Assembly: GCA_036172245.1 (NCBI GenBank)
Contig: JAYWIR010000051.1
Coordinates: 248,001-312,000, forward strand
Direction of reading: 5' to 3'
Length of the DNA stretch: 64,000 nucleotides
From: Raillietiella orientalis
Lineage: Eukaryota
Position numbers and translations under genes: made by a program. The notes beneath the pieces are model-generated. The model saw only the letters and a program-made list of their open reading frames with translations. It was not told the DNA's origin and made no database searches. Below are positions 51,100-64,000 of this stretch, piece after piece (positions within the stretch are counted from its first letter, which is position 1; each line of letters starts with the position of its first letter).

Positions 51100-53200
51100 G
51101 CTTTCCGGACCCGGAGGAACGCTCCTCGAAGCGTCGCGGGGAGCCCACTGGCTCCCAGGCGAAAGCCCTGACCCAGTCCGCCGCTTCCCCTTTCCCCTCC
51201 CTTCCGTCGCCCCCAGAGATCAGGGCGTGCTGGAGGTCACAGGAGGATTGCCGGATTGGGTCGAAGCTCCAGAAGGGGCTGTGTGGGAAGGGAAGTATCA
51301 CCCCACCTGAAGGGTATCTGTTCGAGGGTCAGCAGCCAAGGGATCAACCCGTAGGGGTGGCGTCGAGCAGCAGCCTTTCTCGCAAGGACCTCACCCCATT
51401 TGCCCGAGGGAGCGCAGAAGGGCTCATTCGCAAAGGTGGGGATAAGCTGCTCACCCCAGGATCGGGGGATGCCCTTTCGGCCCTTTCTGGGATCCACGCC
51501 CCCCCTTTCCCCCCTTCCGCTCGCGACGCGCCGTCCAGCCGTGGGGCCGGGTGGGCACCCGAGCCAGCCGGGTGGATGAAGGGGGACTCTCCTTGGCTCG
51601 TTTATCCGTGGGGAGCTCTGTAACAGAAAGCGGGGCCCTTAGGGTGGGGGGAAATCGGGATAGCACCCCTCGGAGGGGCCACCTGGGGGCGCGGCCTACC
51701 AGGTGGGAGGTGCGTCCAGGAGCTCCGCTGCCCCATTCGCTTGAGAGCAGTGGCGGAGGCGGCAGGGTGCTGCGTAGGGCTCCCTGGATGGGTGGGAGTC
51801 GTTGCAGCAGACCCTCCAGCAAGCGGCAGGGCCCCTCAGTCTCCGGATGCCCTACCACTGGTTCTCGCCTGTCTCCTTGCTGTCTCCTTGCCTTCGCTTC
51901 GGGCGATGACGTCACTCCTCCGGGAACAAGATCGGCGTGACGTCGGATGCAAGCACCGACGACCAGGAAGACCCGAGGGAAGGGGACCGCGCTGCGCGTG
52001 GACCAGGACGCGGAAGGGTGGTCCGAGCGCAGATGCAGAAGGGCAGACGCTGAGAGCAGCTGCTGGGCATCAGCCCCTCAGGCGGCGAAACCGCGAACCG
52101 AGTTCCAGACGCCGGCGCGCCCGTGCCCCTCTCAGGGTCGGGTCGCTCGCAAGGACCCCGAGGCGGGAGGCGAGGACACGAAGAATCCGATTCACCCTGC
52201 GGCGGCGGTGCCCTGACACTGCTGGCAGCAGCAGCGTGGTTCCTCTGGAGGCGCTGGGCGCGCGTCGTGGCCGTGGAGGACCCACCCTAGGGACCCGCCT
52301 CTCCTCCCTATTGTAACGGGACGGTGCAACCCCTGCATTCCTCTGGACACTGCACCGGCTGGAGACTGGCCCTCTGGTGGATCCGTGGTGGCGCCTCGAG
52401 GCACCGTGGTCACCCTCGCTGCGCTTCGGAAGGGCTGGGTATGCACTCCGGCTGAGGAGCCCGCGAGCGAAAGGAAGAGGAGGAGGAGGAGGGGGGGGGG
52501 GCGGAAGAGCAGAGACTAGGCCCCACCGCCTGCAGATGGCAGGAGGAGGGGGAAGGCGCAACTGACATTCCCCAGCCCTCACCCCGCCCTCCCATGCCTT
52601 CGATTCCCAGAGGAATCTCGGGGGAGGGCTGTTAGGGCCCGGATAAAAAAGGAGGGTCACCTGAACCCTTCCCCCATGATCGTCTCGCCGAGGGACATCA
52701 CGCTGACCAGGGCATCCCTGCATGGTCAGGTGGGTTGCTGCGCCCTGGCCCGGCATGGCGTGCGTTCGCCTCTGCTGCTGCGTGGCCCCTCCGCGATGAG
52801 GGCAAGAGGCGTTCTCGACCCAGCAGGGTGGTCGCCCCTGCGGAACACGTGCCGGAGGCGTCCGTCCGGGAGGAAGTCCTGGGAGAGGCGACAGGAAGGG
52901 GAGAGGGGTGGCAACTTCGGGAGCGCGATGAGGAGTGGGTGCTCTCCCTACCTCCCGAGTGGGTTTGGAGGGCGGGAGCTGAGGTCTTCCGGCCGGATTC
53001 CGCATGGCATTCAGGCGGTCCCAAGCAAACAAGCACGCGGAGTCCAGGCGAAACCCGGGGCCGAAGGGGGAGGAGACGAACAAATGAAACGCTGGGGAAG
53101 GGGACATGGACGGGGGGAGGGATCCTCTCGTGGAAGCTCCCTCCGGTCCGCAGCCAAGCTAGGAGGGGTGAGGTTGAAAGGGATCCCCTGGAGCGCGGCG
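51100..53200 (-). mobile_element. Degenerate Ty3/Gypsy pol remnant (integrase region most recognisable)
   Basis: VVGHPETEGPCRLL (~GHxGxEKT) in ORF 51451..51915(-), followed by GIPRSWGEQLIPTF (~GIPxxIxSDxGxxF), RHPYG and LPTQPLLELRPNP in ORF 51237..51497(-). Confidence 0.35.
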
Positions 53201-53399
53201 GTGGAGAGAACGTGGTCGGTGGAGACGCTGGCTATGCGAGACGTGGGGTCGTGACCTGACCTCGCGGGGTCGAATTCTTGTTCGGAGAGAGGCTTTTCCA
53301 GGAGGAAAAGAGAGACGCCGACGCAGCCGCGGGGGCTTTTTCCGGAGGGCCGTGGAAGAGTGCGTTGGGCCGGACGAGTGAGGGAGGATGCGGTGGACG

Positions 53400-55800
53400 G
53401 TAAGGAGCGCTGGCTTTCCGGCGTCTCTTCGCCCCTCAGTGGCGACTCCGTCGCGCGGGGATGGCGCCGCCGCCCATCGGGGGCTTTGGTCGCAGTGGGT
53501 GGGAAGCGAATACGCTGCTTGCCACTTAATCCCGGAAGTGTCGGGATGACGTGGTGGTGGGGAGGCCGGAGTTCACATGGTCATCTCATTTTTTTTCCCT
53601 CTTTGGAGGGGGCCATTGCTGGCGTCGAGGGAGATTGGTGGATGCTGGAGGACGAGTGCAGGTGAATGATGGCTAGGTGCCAGGAAAGGGAACCATGGAT
53701 ACGTGGGATTGGTAACAGGCTAGGGAGAGGTTGATGAATCGTGGGGTATGAGAGGATCCGGGATTCTGGAGCTTTAAGTCCGCTTAACGAGGAGTTCCTC
53801 CTCCCTCTTTCCCTCATCAAATCTCCATGGTTATCCATTGATCTCGTTTCGTCCCAGTCGTTGGAACGGACCAAGCCGCATCCTGTGAATGGTTTGTTGG
53901 ATCTTTCCGTGAGCGGATCGAAGGAGAAGGTGCCCCGGGTCTCGATGGAAGGAAGGAGAACAGGTGGCTAAGATTCCGGAGGTTGAGTGCACCCGAGTGG
54001 GGAAAAACTTATCGGCTCGGTCCACCGGTCGACGGGAATGCCCGTCAGGCACAGCCGACGGCAGGGGCGGAGCTTTCGGAAAATCCTTCGAAGGGGAGGG
54101 TCCCAGAACCTCCCGGGGGGCTCGATGGTCGGGACGCGTCGAAGACGGTGTCGGTCGCGAGGAGCCTTTCCGGAGGTTCGGCGAGCGCGCACGCTCCCGG
54201 GGGTTCACTTTCGGTCGTCCGGTCGCCGCGCCCATTCTCCTTTGCCACGGGCAACGGCCGCCCCACTACGAGGCCCGCGCGTTCTGCATTCCGGCCAGCG
54301 CCGCGCGTTGCAGGCGGACATCCAGCGGCTCGAAGTTTTTATTTTTCTGCGCAGTGCGCTGTCCATGAGATCGCTGTTTTTTTCTTTTAATGGGGGGAAA
54401 GGTCGCTTTCCCCTTCCCTCCCCTCCTTCCTCGTGCTGCGGAGATGCTCTGGAGCGAGTGGAAACGAGGAGAGAATCAGAAATGGATCTCCCCAGCCCGC
54501 GGCGATGAGGCGCCGCTCGTGCGCTTCCCGGTTTCGACGCGTCTTCTCAACTGGCTCACGGAGTCCTTCCTTGGCCGCCGGCGTCGCACCGTCGAGGACT
54601 GCTTTCGCGCACCCCTCTGTGCGCAGGCGGGCGTCTCGCACCTGAAACCTTCGAACTCCGGGACTGCCACCGACTCGCCACTGCTGCCCGGACGACACGG
54701 TACATCCGAGCAGCGCTGGCGGTAGAGCAAAAGAACCTTGGCTCCACCAGCTGCCGAGGGAGGCCCCCCCCATCCTTTGGGACTGTGCTGCCGCTCCCTG
54801 CCATCCGTTGCGGGGCAACTCGCAGCCCGGAACCCGGCAAGTGTGGGAGATTCGGTCCCCGCCCGGCACCGTGCGGGACAGGTTGGCTCCTCGTACTGTA
54901 ACGCCGGAGTTAGCTGAGGGAGGGAAACTCTGGTGCAGGGAGAGCACCGAGGGGGGAGCTCTGGACCGACCGGGAGTACGGCGTGAACTACGAGTACATC
55001 CTGATGGACTCCCGACGGCCTGCTCTCCGGCGCGAGCGCTTAGTGTCGCCGCGTACGAAAATTCCGAGCGCGACCAGCCGCTCACTGCTGACTCCTGCTG
55101 TGCAGCAGGAGATCTTCCTTAACCTAGCCATCGGCAACCGTCATCACTCCCCCACAGGGAGGACGGCGCTGCTTCAGAGGGCGGCGGCGCGTGCCCGTTT
55201 CTCGAGATCCCGTCGTTGGCGTCAAGAGCGGACGAGGGTGGATGGAAAGTGGGGCGTCCCCATCGGGGAGGTGGCCCTGCCGGGTGCAAGTCGACCTCTG
55301 CGATCCGACCGCGCTGCTGACTCCGTTTCCAGGTAACATCGCTCCGGGCGTGAGAGATTCTTCGGTGGACAGGAGGCAAACGTCCGACGGGCTAGAGGGG
55401 AGGGCGGAGGTATCCCTGGAACTCAGGGACTCCGGGAGTCGGAGAACAGACGTCGTTGCTTCGAAAGACGCTCTGCCGCCTGGGTGGCACCCCAGATCTC
55501 TTCAGGTAGGCTCCCGCTTGCCCTGTAGTCCTTCCTTCGGAGCGCGGAGCTTCCTGCCACCGGGCCGATCCCGCCGGTCGGAGGTCGAGCGTCGCACGGG
55601 CTGGTGACCCTCCGGCAGTTCGACCGTGTGACCCACGGGAGGCGTCCTGGCTGGCGCGTTCGGCAGATGCTTCCGCCGGCGTTCGGATGCTGGGAAGAAA
55701 GAAACTGCCGTCTTTCGCGCCCTGCTCGCGCGCCTTCTTTTCCGGAAGGATCGCATACCGGGATCAGGTCGCAGCCGCAGGAGAGGTCGAAGCTGGCAGA
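53400..55800 (-). mobile_element. Degenerate Ty3/Gypsy pol (RT - RNase H - integrase)
   Basis: ARKTAVSF...HLPNAPA and KLRAPKE in ORF 55502..55756(-) (~KTAF...GLxNAPA; KLxPxKC); SRSEFSYAAT in ORF 54387..55085(-) (~AERNYxxT); HQPLPSLLPIP...W in ORF 53581..53874(-) and GIKWQAAY at ~53510-53535. RT-RH-INT order is Gypsy-type. Confidence 0.55.
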
Positions 55801-56150
55801 GCAGGAGAGGCGACCCGGAGAGCAGCAGAGGGAAAGGGAAGAGGTGGGTGGAAGAGCAAGCTCAGACTGGACACTGATGCCACCTCTCCACCAGCCTGGA
55901 TCTGCTCCCTGGGATTACGGCGAGAGCACCCCCACCCCACCCACCCAACGGAAGGGTGCTGTCGGAAAAGGGAATAAAAATCAAATCCAGGGCGGCTGTC
56001 ACGGGAATTCCACAGAAACCATTGCGGGACCCCCCCTGTTGCGGGGGGGGCTCCAAGCCGTTGCCTCTTCAGAGAGTGCAAGGAAGCAAGCGAGAGCGAT
56101 TCCCTGCGGGAAGCTGCAGCTTCCCTTCTGAGTTTCGGAAGCGTCCCTTC

Positions 56151-56350
56151 GGGTTCTCTTCAGAGGAGTGAACAGGAGCGGTTCCCTTGCGGGTTCCCTC
56201 CGGAGAAGAAATTTCTCCTAGCGGATTCTTTCCGGGTTCCCTTCGGAGAAGATGAAATGGAGAGGACTGCACTCCCCATTAGGGGGGTGTCCCTCCGAAG
56301 AGAATGAGGAAGGAGATTCCTTTCGGGATTCCCCTTCAAGACAACCAGGG
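56151..56350 (+). repeat. Dispersed repeat, copy 1 (copy 2 at 63509-63647), with internal degenerate cgggttccc-cggagaaga units
   Basis: gggttctcttcagaggagtgaacaggagcggttcccttgcgggttccctccggagaagaaa aligns with gggattctcttcggaggaggaagaaacagggagcggtttcctttcgggtaccttccggagaaataaa. A second shared block ttcctttcggg..tcaaga lies at 56317 and 63615. Confidence 0.75.
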
Positions 56351-56799
56351 TGGGAGGTGCGATCCCCTCCATCCGGGGGATCCCTCCCCAAGCGTGAGAG
56401 AAACGAACTCCGAGACCTTTCCTGAGTTCATAGGGCGGACCCCATCCCGGAGAGCCCCCTATCCTGAAGAATTACACGCTCCTCTGCGGGCTGCCGCAGG
56501 GGAGTGGCGTGGAAACAAAACAGTGTGTTTAAAGAGCCACGTGCGCCATGAGGCAGCAACCGGCTCTAGGTACTTAGTGAACCAAAAAAAAGAAAATCCG
56601 AAAAAAAAAAAGAAAGAGAATAGCCGGAAGGAATAAACAGCGAAGACAGAATAACAAGAACCCAAGGATTTCCATCATCCTAGGCCAATAGCAACGATCT
56701 CCTCGTGGGGTTACTACTGGCCTTTAAAAAAAAAGAAAACACTTGGGGGGAAGGCTGTGGAGCCGAAGATGATAAACTCAATAATTAGAGATCCTATAA

Positions 56800-58300
56800 A
56801 AGGGAGCCGATATACATGGGGACAGAACCAAAGAAGACGAGAGCAATGGCGGCTAAAGCAAGGGAAGATGGAAGATCGGGAAGATGATCGATTAAGAAAG
56901 CTGCTCATGGGTGGAGAGGGAAGGGATGAGAGGAGGTCGGATTCGAGGCGGGACCCTCTACGTGGCCTGAAGTCACTGTGTGTGGTTCTCTTCGACGCGT
57001 TCAGAGACGCGACGCACCTCCTCACCCATCGGGGACAGCAACCGAAGGGAGCTGGAAACTTTTCCTGGGAAAAACGCATAACTCCACCCCTAACTGTCGT
57101 TCCAGGTGCAGGTCGGCGGGGCTCGCACCGACTGGAGCCTCCACACTTGCCGCGAGGGCTACAGTTCGCCTCCACTGGGGCAACCGCACCATTCTCCCCA
57201 CCGCCAGGGGTACGAGCCCTTCGACCCCACATGGAGCACGCACGCCGCCCTAGCGGAATTGGGACTAGGGTCGCTGTCTCAGTGAGCTGACCTCGCACTC
57301 ACCGTCCAGAAACAGCAGCACAGCTGCCAGCAGCTCTTAAGGGAAACCCGGAAGAGGTTCGAACACGAGGAGGCGCGCTTTGCATGGGACCCCGAGTTCA
57401 TCAGGAAGGGGTGCACTCAATGGTTCGGACTACCGACTTTGTCTGTTTGCCATTGACCGAGAAGTGGTGGCGTCCGCTGGCTCTCTCGTTGCCCAGCCAC
57501 TCCTGCAATGGCGCAGGAGAACTTCTTCCCCGTCTGCAGGCCACTGCCGTCGCTTGCCCTCAGGAAGGACAGCACTGCGGCAAGGTATGGTGGCGTCCAA
57601 AGTTCTCAGCTTCTTCCTCTGGCCCTGCTCCCCCAAGAAGAGATGGCTGATGGATGGTCTCATGAGACAGAGTTCCATCCCTGGCTGCGCCCAAGGAATG
57701 CAGCCCAACACGCGGCCACCTCCTTCAGCCTAGCGAGAAAGCCCAGAGGGGAGCAGGAGATCTACGGGTGGCTTCCTGGGACGAGGCCAGTCGCCTCGGG
57801 GGGGGAGAGAGAAGGGATTCAGATTCCTGCCCCCGGGCAGAGATCGAAACTGCAAGGGCGTCGTCGTCTCGCCCTGACTCGGAGGGACCGGGTCCTTACA
57901 GACTGCCCACTCTCTCCTTTGCCTCCATCGCGCAGCTGCAGATGGCAGGTGAGTCCCCCCCGAACCCTCTCTTGGACCGTGTTGCCCTCAGACCCTTAGG
58001 GGAAGTCTACCCTCCGGGTCTCACGGAGCAGCCCCAGGGACGTTCTGAGACACTTCTTCGTGGGGGCGCACCGTTGCCAGCCTCTTCCTTGACAGTTCCC
58101 TGTTGCCTTCCGGGCGCCGTGGAGGGATTCCAGAGACTAGGAAGAGACCGGCGCAGCAGGGACGTCCGCCGCTTCGCCCTACGCAGGAAGCGGAGGAAAC
58201 CAAAGCAGCCCCACCTGGACAGGGTGCAGCAGGAACTTACCGGCATCCTTGTTCAGGGATGCAAAGGACACTCCCCGGAGGAATGCGGCCCCTTTCTGAA
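56800..58300 (+). mobile_element. Degenerate Ty3/Gypsy RNase H - integrase remnant
   Basis: GLKSLCVVLFDAFRDATHLL in ORF 56757..57290 (~ExLAIVxAxxxFRHYL), then SSPSAGH...VLSFFLWP...PGCAQ in ORF 57380..57733 (~H..AGH...F.WP...CxxCQ integrase zinc-binding region). Confidence 0.45.
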
Positions 58301-59982
58301 CCTCCTTTCCCCTCCCCTATTGAAGTTTTCTCCATTTTTTTCATTCTGTTTTTCCTAATATTGGTTCCCCCTCCCCTTCCCCCCGCCAAGGCGATGCTCG
58401 CCGGTTCGCGGACCGGGCCTCCGGCAGGACTCTCGCCCTCTGGTACTGGTTTATCGCCTAGCCTTGCCGGAGCATTTATTATCGAAATAAAACTGTATAC
58501 ATTTCTGGTACGACACTCGGTTCTAACACGTACACAAAAAAAAAGGACCTTTCCCACTTGCCTGTTGGGATCCGATGCGGGGGTGCAGGGGATGGGGGGA
58601 CGCAAAACAAAAACAAACAAAGGAGTTATAAACTTCTTTGTTGGGGGTGGGGTGGGGTCGGGAAGCGATCTCTGCGTGTCCCGCGACGTCCCACCCATCC
58701 TCTGGAGGATGCCGGCGAGAGGGAGTTTGTCGCTTCCCAGACAGAGCCATCTCGCGGCGATCCTCAAGAACAGCTTCGTTCCGATGGACGGAGCCTCGGT
58801 CGCGTTGGGCTCTCTCCTCGCGCCGTTCCGTACCGCCGCCGTCCCGCGCGCGCGCAGGCGGCAGCGAAGAGCTGCCACGCGCGCGGCTCGTAGCAGCGCT
58901 TCACGCACGACGAGGTGCCTGACGACGTCCTGGGGCACCCGGAGGGCCGTCGCGAAGCGTGCCCACGGGGCAAGAGGGCGATGCAGTCGAGGAGCAGGCG
59001 CGGGAGGGCCTCCCTTCCCCCCGCGCCTGTCGCACTCTCCAGGGCCCAGTGGCGAAGGTGCGCTTTGCGCGGGATTCCCCAAAGGCCGGTTCCCGCCGCT
59101 TGAGGGGGAAAGGGCGGTTGTCCTGCGACGCCTGGGGTCGCATCCGGGATTTTGGAGGGATCCCCAGAGGAGAAGCCCTTCGGGTGGGGTACTCGGGGTC
59201 GCCGCTTCCCTCAGTTGCTGCGTTGGAATTTTCCTTCTTGTCGTATGCCTTCCCCTTGCTGTACGGTAGCCGTCCCCTTGGGGAGGGCATCACTGGGTGA
59301 AGAAGAAAGGACCTCGGAGAAGCCGGGCACGCAGCTCCCGAGCCACACGCGGTCCGGTGCCGCAGCTTCCTTCCCGCCGGCATGCGCCCTTTCCGAGAGG
59401 CTTCCACATCTCTGGAGGACTCGGGACGCGCGCGTGGGAAGGACCTCTGTCCCGCGGCCTCGCCCCGACCGAGTCGCAGGTCGGCGCGCGTGCGCACGAG
59501 AGTCACGCAGGGTGATTTGCGTGCGCGCGCGCGTTCAGTCGAGTCTTCCGTCCCAGCATTCCGTCCGGGCTCCTCGTCTCCGGTGCCCCCCTTCCACTTT
59601 CGCGAACGTTCGGAGCGCCAAGACAAAGCCGGGGCGCTCCTCCGGCTTGATGGTCCCATTAGGGAGCGCCACTTCGCCGCCGCGACCGCAGAGTGGCCTC
59701 CGCGGCGCGAGCCTGGAGCGCGGAACGCAGACAAAGGGCGCTCGCCGTTTTTTCCGCCTCGTCGTTGTGGCGGGCGTGAAAGGGAAAGTGCAGGCAGGGA
59801 GGGGGGAGGGAGCCGCCGCCGCCGCCGCCGCTGCCGCTTTGGAGACGCTCTCGACGAGGAAATGCCTCTCCCCATACGCTCGTCCGTCCACCCTTCTGCC
59901 TCCGACGGAAGCGAAAGACAACACGCCCTTCCTCCTCGGGCGTGGGCCGATCAGCGCCCTCCCCCCCCCTCTTCCCTCTCCC

Positions 59983-60218
59983 CTCGCAGCATCCGCGAAT
60001 TTTTCGTAGACGACTCCTCCTCTCCTTCCCTTCGTCGCTCGCGCGCCGCAGCCTCCCATCCGTCCATCCGCTTTGACTCCCGAACGCATCTTCCAGAGGC
60101 GAGCGCGAGGACGGCGCCTGCGCTCGGATTGCGTTCCGCCGACCTCAGTCGGCAGTCTAGACCGCCGCCCCCACGAGTCGCCATCGACGCGTTCCCGACG
60201 CAGCTGCCGGGAACGTTC
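59983..60218 (+). repeat. Dispersed ~235-bp repeat, copy 1
   Basis: Shares ctcgcagcatccgcga..., ccgcagcctc.catccgtccatcc and ccccacga.tcgccatcgacgcgttcccgacgcagctgccgggaa.gttc with 62297-62531. Confidence 0.9.
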
Positions 60219-61299
60219 GCCCGCGGAGAGCGGTCATCCGTCCGATTGCAGCCGCCAACCTCGTCGGTTCCGGGAGGACGAGGCGTCGTGTCTTCGAGGA
60301 GGCGGGTGGGCGCCGCACCCACGCACGGTGGCGGCGCATGGGACCACTATCAGGAGCGACGCCTTTGTCCCGGCGAGGATGCCGCGTCTCGTCGCTGCCG
60401 CCCTCACAGTGGATCGCACCTCGGAAAGGCCTGCATGCTCTTCGCTGCGGCGCCTCACTTCCGCGAGCCGAGTGGACGAAGGGCCTCCCTCCTCCTAGGG
60501 AGATGTCGACCCGAGGTCACGCGCGGGTGTTCCGCTCAGCTCGCGCAGGGCGCACGAACAAGGAGGCGTCGGGGACGTGTCCTTTTCCCGGGTGCGGTTG
60601 GCACGTGGCCAGAAGGGGGCGTCCGTCCTCCTCCACCTGCACCACACTCGAAGCGCCCGCGGCGAGTCATCTCACGGGACGAGCGATCCTCTCAGCCTCC
60701 TTTGCGGGTACGCTTTTTTTGGCGACAACTCGCCCCGAAGTCTCCCGACATCAGGATGCGCCTCCACGGCGACATCCTGTCCACGCATGCAACCCGCAAC
60801 TCCTGATCGCACGAACCGTCCAGGTGGACGTGCACGACGGTTCCACGCTGCCCTTTCGCTACGGAGTGCGCGGAAGTTCCGTCCTGCGCAGCCGCTCGGT
60901 CGGCAAGGAAACCGACGGTTCGTTGGACCGGGAACCACGGGGAGCGAATCGTTAAAGGGAACACGCGAATACCTTCCGGGATAGCGAGCGTTCGCAGCGC
61001 CGCTCGGGTGCTCCCGAACCGTGCGCGCACGCGGCGAGGTTCTACGCTTCTTCGTGGGGAAACGCGCGGCACAAAACCGGCGCGGTCGCTCCCAGCGCCG
61101 ACCTGGCGGGCTTCCTGGGGACGAATTTCCGACGGCAACTCACGAGGCGCGATCGCGTCTGGCAGGAGGAACGCACGCTGCCCAGGGCGGAGGTTGCAGA
61201 GGAATTCGCTCATCCACCGGACATGACGCAGCGCATCTCAAACGCGACCGCACTCAGCCGTCATTCTGCGTGAGCCTAGAAGCGCGAGAGGATTCTAGG

Positions 61300-62250
61300 T
61301 TCCCCGGAAATCGAAGCATCCGATCGGAGGCGATGAGGCAAGCTCTGCCTCAAGGTTCCAGAAGATGAAATGATGCCGAGAAACACAGCGCACATCCTTT
61401 ACGCCTTCGAAGGGACGTTTCCTCGGTGCGCAGCGCTGCCTGTGCTGACACGCGCATCCACTGCAGATGTGGAGTCCTTGGCAGGAACGTACCGATGAAA
61501 ATGCTTGACCGACCGTTGATGACGCGGCGACGCACTTCCAGGCAAAACCGCCGAAAGAAGCGCCCTCTATCCGAGTTGGCTCCGGCCCGCTTCGACGCGA
61601 GGAGCAGCCAAACGGCAGCGAAAGGGGAGGTGGGGAGCGAGCACCCACGAGAATTCTCTTCCTCTTCTTCCACGATGACTCAGCAAGGGCAACCTCGTTA
61701 CACGCCCCGCTCTGGCAGACAATTAGAAACCACTCCGCTCGTAATTGGCAGCAGTGACCACCACCGCCTGGAGCACACTGGAGCACGTGTCGGGTCCGTG
61801 GTGCCGGAAAACAGGGCTTTCCAGGAAAAACGAAAGGTAGGGAAACGGCACCGCTTGCCGCGGACCGGAGTGCTTCCGGATCTCGACCGTCCTCGACGGC
61901 GACCGACGGACCGCATTTCGTGAGATCCAGATCTGATGGCACCACTCCCTTCCGAAGATGCGCTGAAGCCTTCCATTCAAGCGCACAAAGGCTGGATGCC
62001 TCCCTGGCGACTGAACCAGCTTGCGGTGCTGCGAATCGCACCGACTGAGGTGTTCACGCGGTGCGCACCATCCTCACAACTCCCGCAAATTGGACCGAAC
62101 TACTGACGGATTGCCGGACGGGGAAAATCAGTGGCGCCCGTGACCCCGAAGAAAAGGTTGGGAAGAAGTGCGGGAAGAGGAATCAACGTCAGACCATAAG
62201 GAAGAGAAAAATCTCATCGCAGCACCGCATGCGCGGATGACCAGATGCAC
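61300..62250 (-). mobile_element. Degenerate LINE RT remnant
   Basis: AMRFFSSLWSD (~YRPISLLNSD) in ORF 62128..62565(-), QFAG, then GVVPSDLDLTKCGPSV (~VxLDLxKAFDSV) and HCCQLRAEWFLIV (~QGCPLSPxLFxI) in ORF 61295..62041(-), in LINE RT order. Confidence 0.4.
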
Positions 62251-62296
62251 AAGAGATGGAACGCTCACGCATCGGTTCGCTACCTCCCCTCCTCCT

Positions 62297-62531
62297 CTCG
62301 CAGCATCCGCGAGTTCCTCGGAGATGAATCCTCTCTCCTTCCCACCTTCGCTGGCGCTCCGCAGCCTCTCATCCGTCCATCCCAGACGGATCTCAGAGGA
62401 GAGAGAGAGGAGAACACGAGGACGCGGCGGCGCCGTCATCGTTCTGGAGTTTCGCCGACCACGGTCGACAGCCAGGACCGTCCCCACGAATCGCCATCGA
62501 CGCGTTCCCGACGCAGCTGCCGGGAATGTTC
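62297..62531 (+). repeat. Dispersed ~235-bp repeat, copy 2
   Basis: Direct-orientation homologue of 59983-60218; a ~50-nt 3' block is nearly identical. Confidence 0.9.
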
Positions 62532-63508
62532 TTGGATGGATCGCAGGGTAGGAGGTGGGGGCCACCCTGGGCTACGACAGGTGCCCCGTACAAGAGCTGA
62601 GACGGAAGACGGCTTGGTAGGACTGACTGGCGTCTGGTGCTCCTGCTGCTGTGGTGTCGGGAAGCCGCAGTGTGTATGTTTGCAAGATGCGTCAAATCTT
62701 CTTAGATGCAGGGACGTCAACCGTATCTGCTGTCTCCGAGGAGCGTCACAGGAGCGCATAGTTGAGCGGTCCCTGCTCTCACAAGTGCAGATGCGCGCTT
62801 CCGACCACTTCCTGGAAGTAACCAACCTCCCGAGAGACCTGTGCTGTAGATGCTGCGTGCCACATTAGGGTGACATTCCAACTACCCACCCTCGCGCGAC
62901 AGGAGAAGGATCGCTGTCGTGCAGCAGGGGCCTCAAATCCGCACCGACGATGGCCGACTTTGAACCCACCCTTCCACGTCGTCTTCACTCAAGCGTCCCG
63001 CTCCTTTTAAATCTGCGATGAACGACGTGTGTCGCTTAACAGGTAAGAGGATCCTTGACGCCGGAGCCAGCGATAAATCTTCCGCGACCGTAATTATCCC
63101 TCGTTTCAGCCCTGCCTCAAGCAGGTTCAGATGACAGCTGCATGCCCGCGCTGGCGGCTGCGTGGCTGCCGTCTGCGCACGCGTGGCACGAAGCGTCGCG
63201 AGTTCGAATCCCCTCGAGGAGGACCGACACCAGAGAAAAGCGGGTGCGATGGAAGCTGGAAGAAACCTCCGGATGCTTCCGCTGACAGGCCGAGACTAGT
63301 CGACTCTCCAGGATCCTTCCAGGACATCAAGGAACCTTTCTTTCGGAGTTCCCTTCCAGTTGTGAGGATGGGGCCCTCCACCCTTCCCTAGGGGGGAACC
63401 CAACATCACTTACCCTGGAACTGGTTCATTGATACCCCTCCAGAGTGTCCAAGAAGGCGCGTTGCTTTCTTTGTGGAACGACCGTTCAGAGAAATCGGGA
63501 AGCCCGAA

Positions 63509-63647
63509 GGGATTCTCTTCGGAGGAGGAAGAAACAGGGAGCGGTTTCCTTTCGGGTACCTTCCGGAGAAATAAAGATCAGTGGTCCCATCCATAGAGAA
63601 TTGGGAAGAGTTAGTTCCTTTCGGGTTCTCTCTCAAGAGCAAGAGGG
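63509..63647 (+). repeat. Dispersed repeat, copy 2 of 56151-56350
   Basis: Same orientation as copy 1, with the two shared blocks described there. Confidence 0.75.
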
Positions 63648-64000
63648 ATCGATTTCTTTCCCCGGAGCGTTCCTGGATTCATAGGGTAGTCTCCTAAGGG
63701 GTAACCTCCCTTGACTGGAAGAGTGACACGCACCTCCCGGTGGTGTGGGCAGCATCAAAGAGCTACGTGAGATTCCCTCCCTCCTCCCCAAGAGGGAGTA
63801 AACGGTTCTTCGGTACTCCATGAAAACCAAAATAACAACAACTGGAGGGAAAGCAGCCAAGGACAGAATAATCCAAAGGGATTCTGCATAGAGCAAAAGA
63901 CTGAATCCAGCAGCCGGACGAGGCTGCTTCGGAGCTCTCAAGCGTGTTCCCAGGGTTCAGGCTCAGGTGAGGGGCTCTCGGAAACGAAACCTTGGCTGAG

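Noticed and set aside
62779..62988. RVGSWNVTLM resembling a LINE endonuclease N-terminus
   Set aside because: Single motif, too close to the RT remnant unless large deletions are assumed; other endonuclease motifs are not visible.

Overview
Eukaryotic (invertebrate, probably arthropod/ecdysozoan) genomic DNA. I reconstructed five spliced protein-coding genes by hand; all have GT-AG introns and intact reading frames: a fatty acyl-CoA reductase (13983-16331 +), RBX1 (24756-25803 +), an RBM41-like RRM protein (31058-33073 +), AP-2 alpha-adaptin (39565-43300 +) and an uncharacterised four-transmembrane protein (46353-49821 -). The window is a compositional mosaic. An AT-rich, CpG-depleted block (~23.6-43.7 kb) holds the housekeeping genes and many ultra-short introns (38-46 nt). 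GC/CpG-rich blocks on either side hold the other two genes and many heavily degenerate retroelement fossils (mostly Ty3/Gypsy, plus Copia-like and LINE-like) that appear to have decayed toward GC. Other features are a rearranged U2 snRNA 5' fragment downstream of the 4-TM gene, many near-perfect short inverted repeats, and a few tandem and dispersed repeats. I see no prokaryotic system or CRISPR array. Transposon calls rest on by-eye motif resemblance only and need HMM confirmation.
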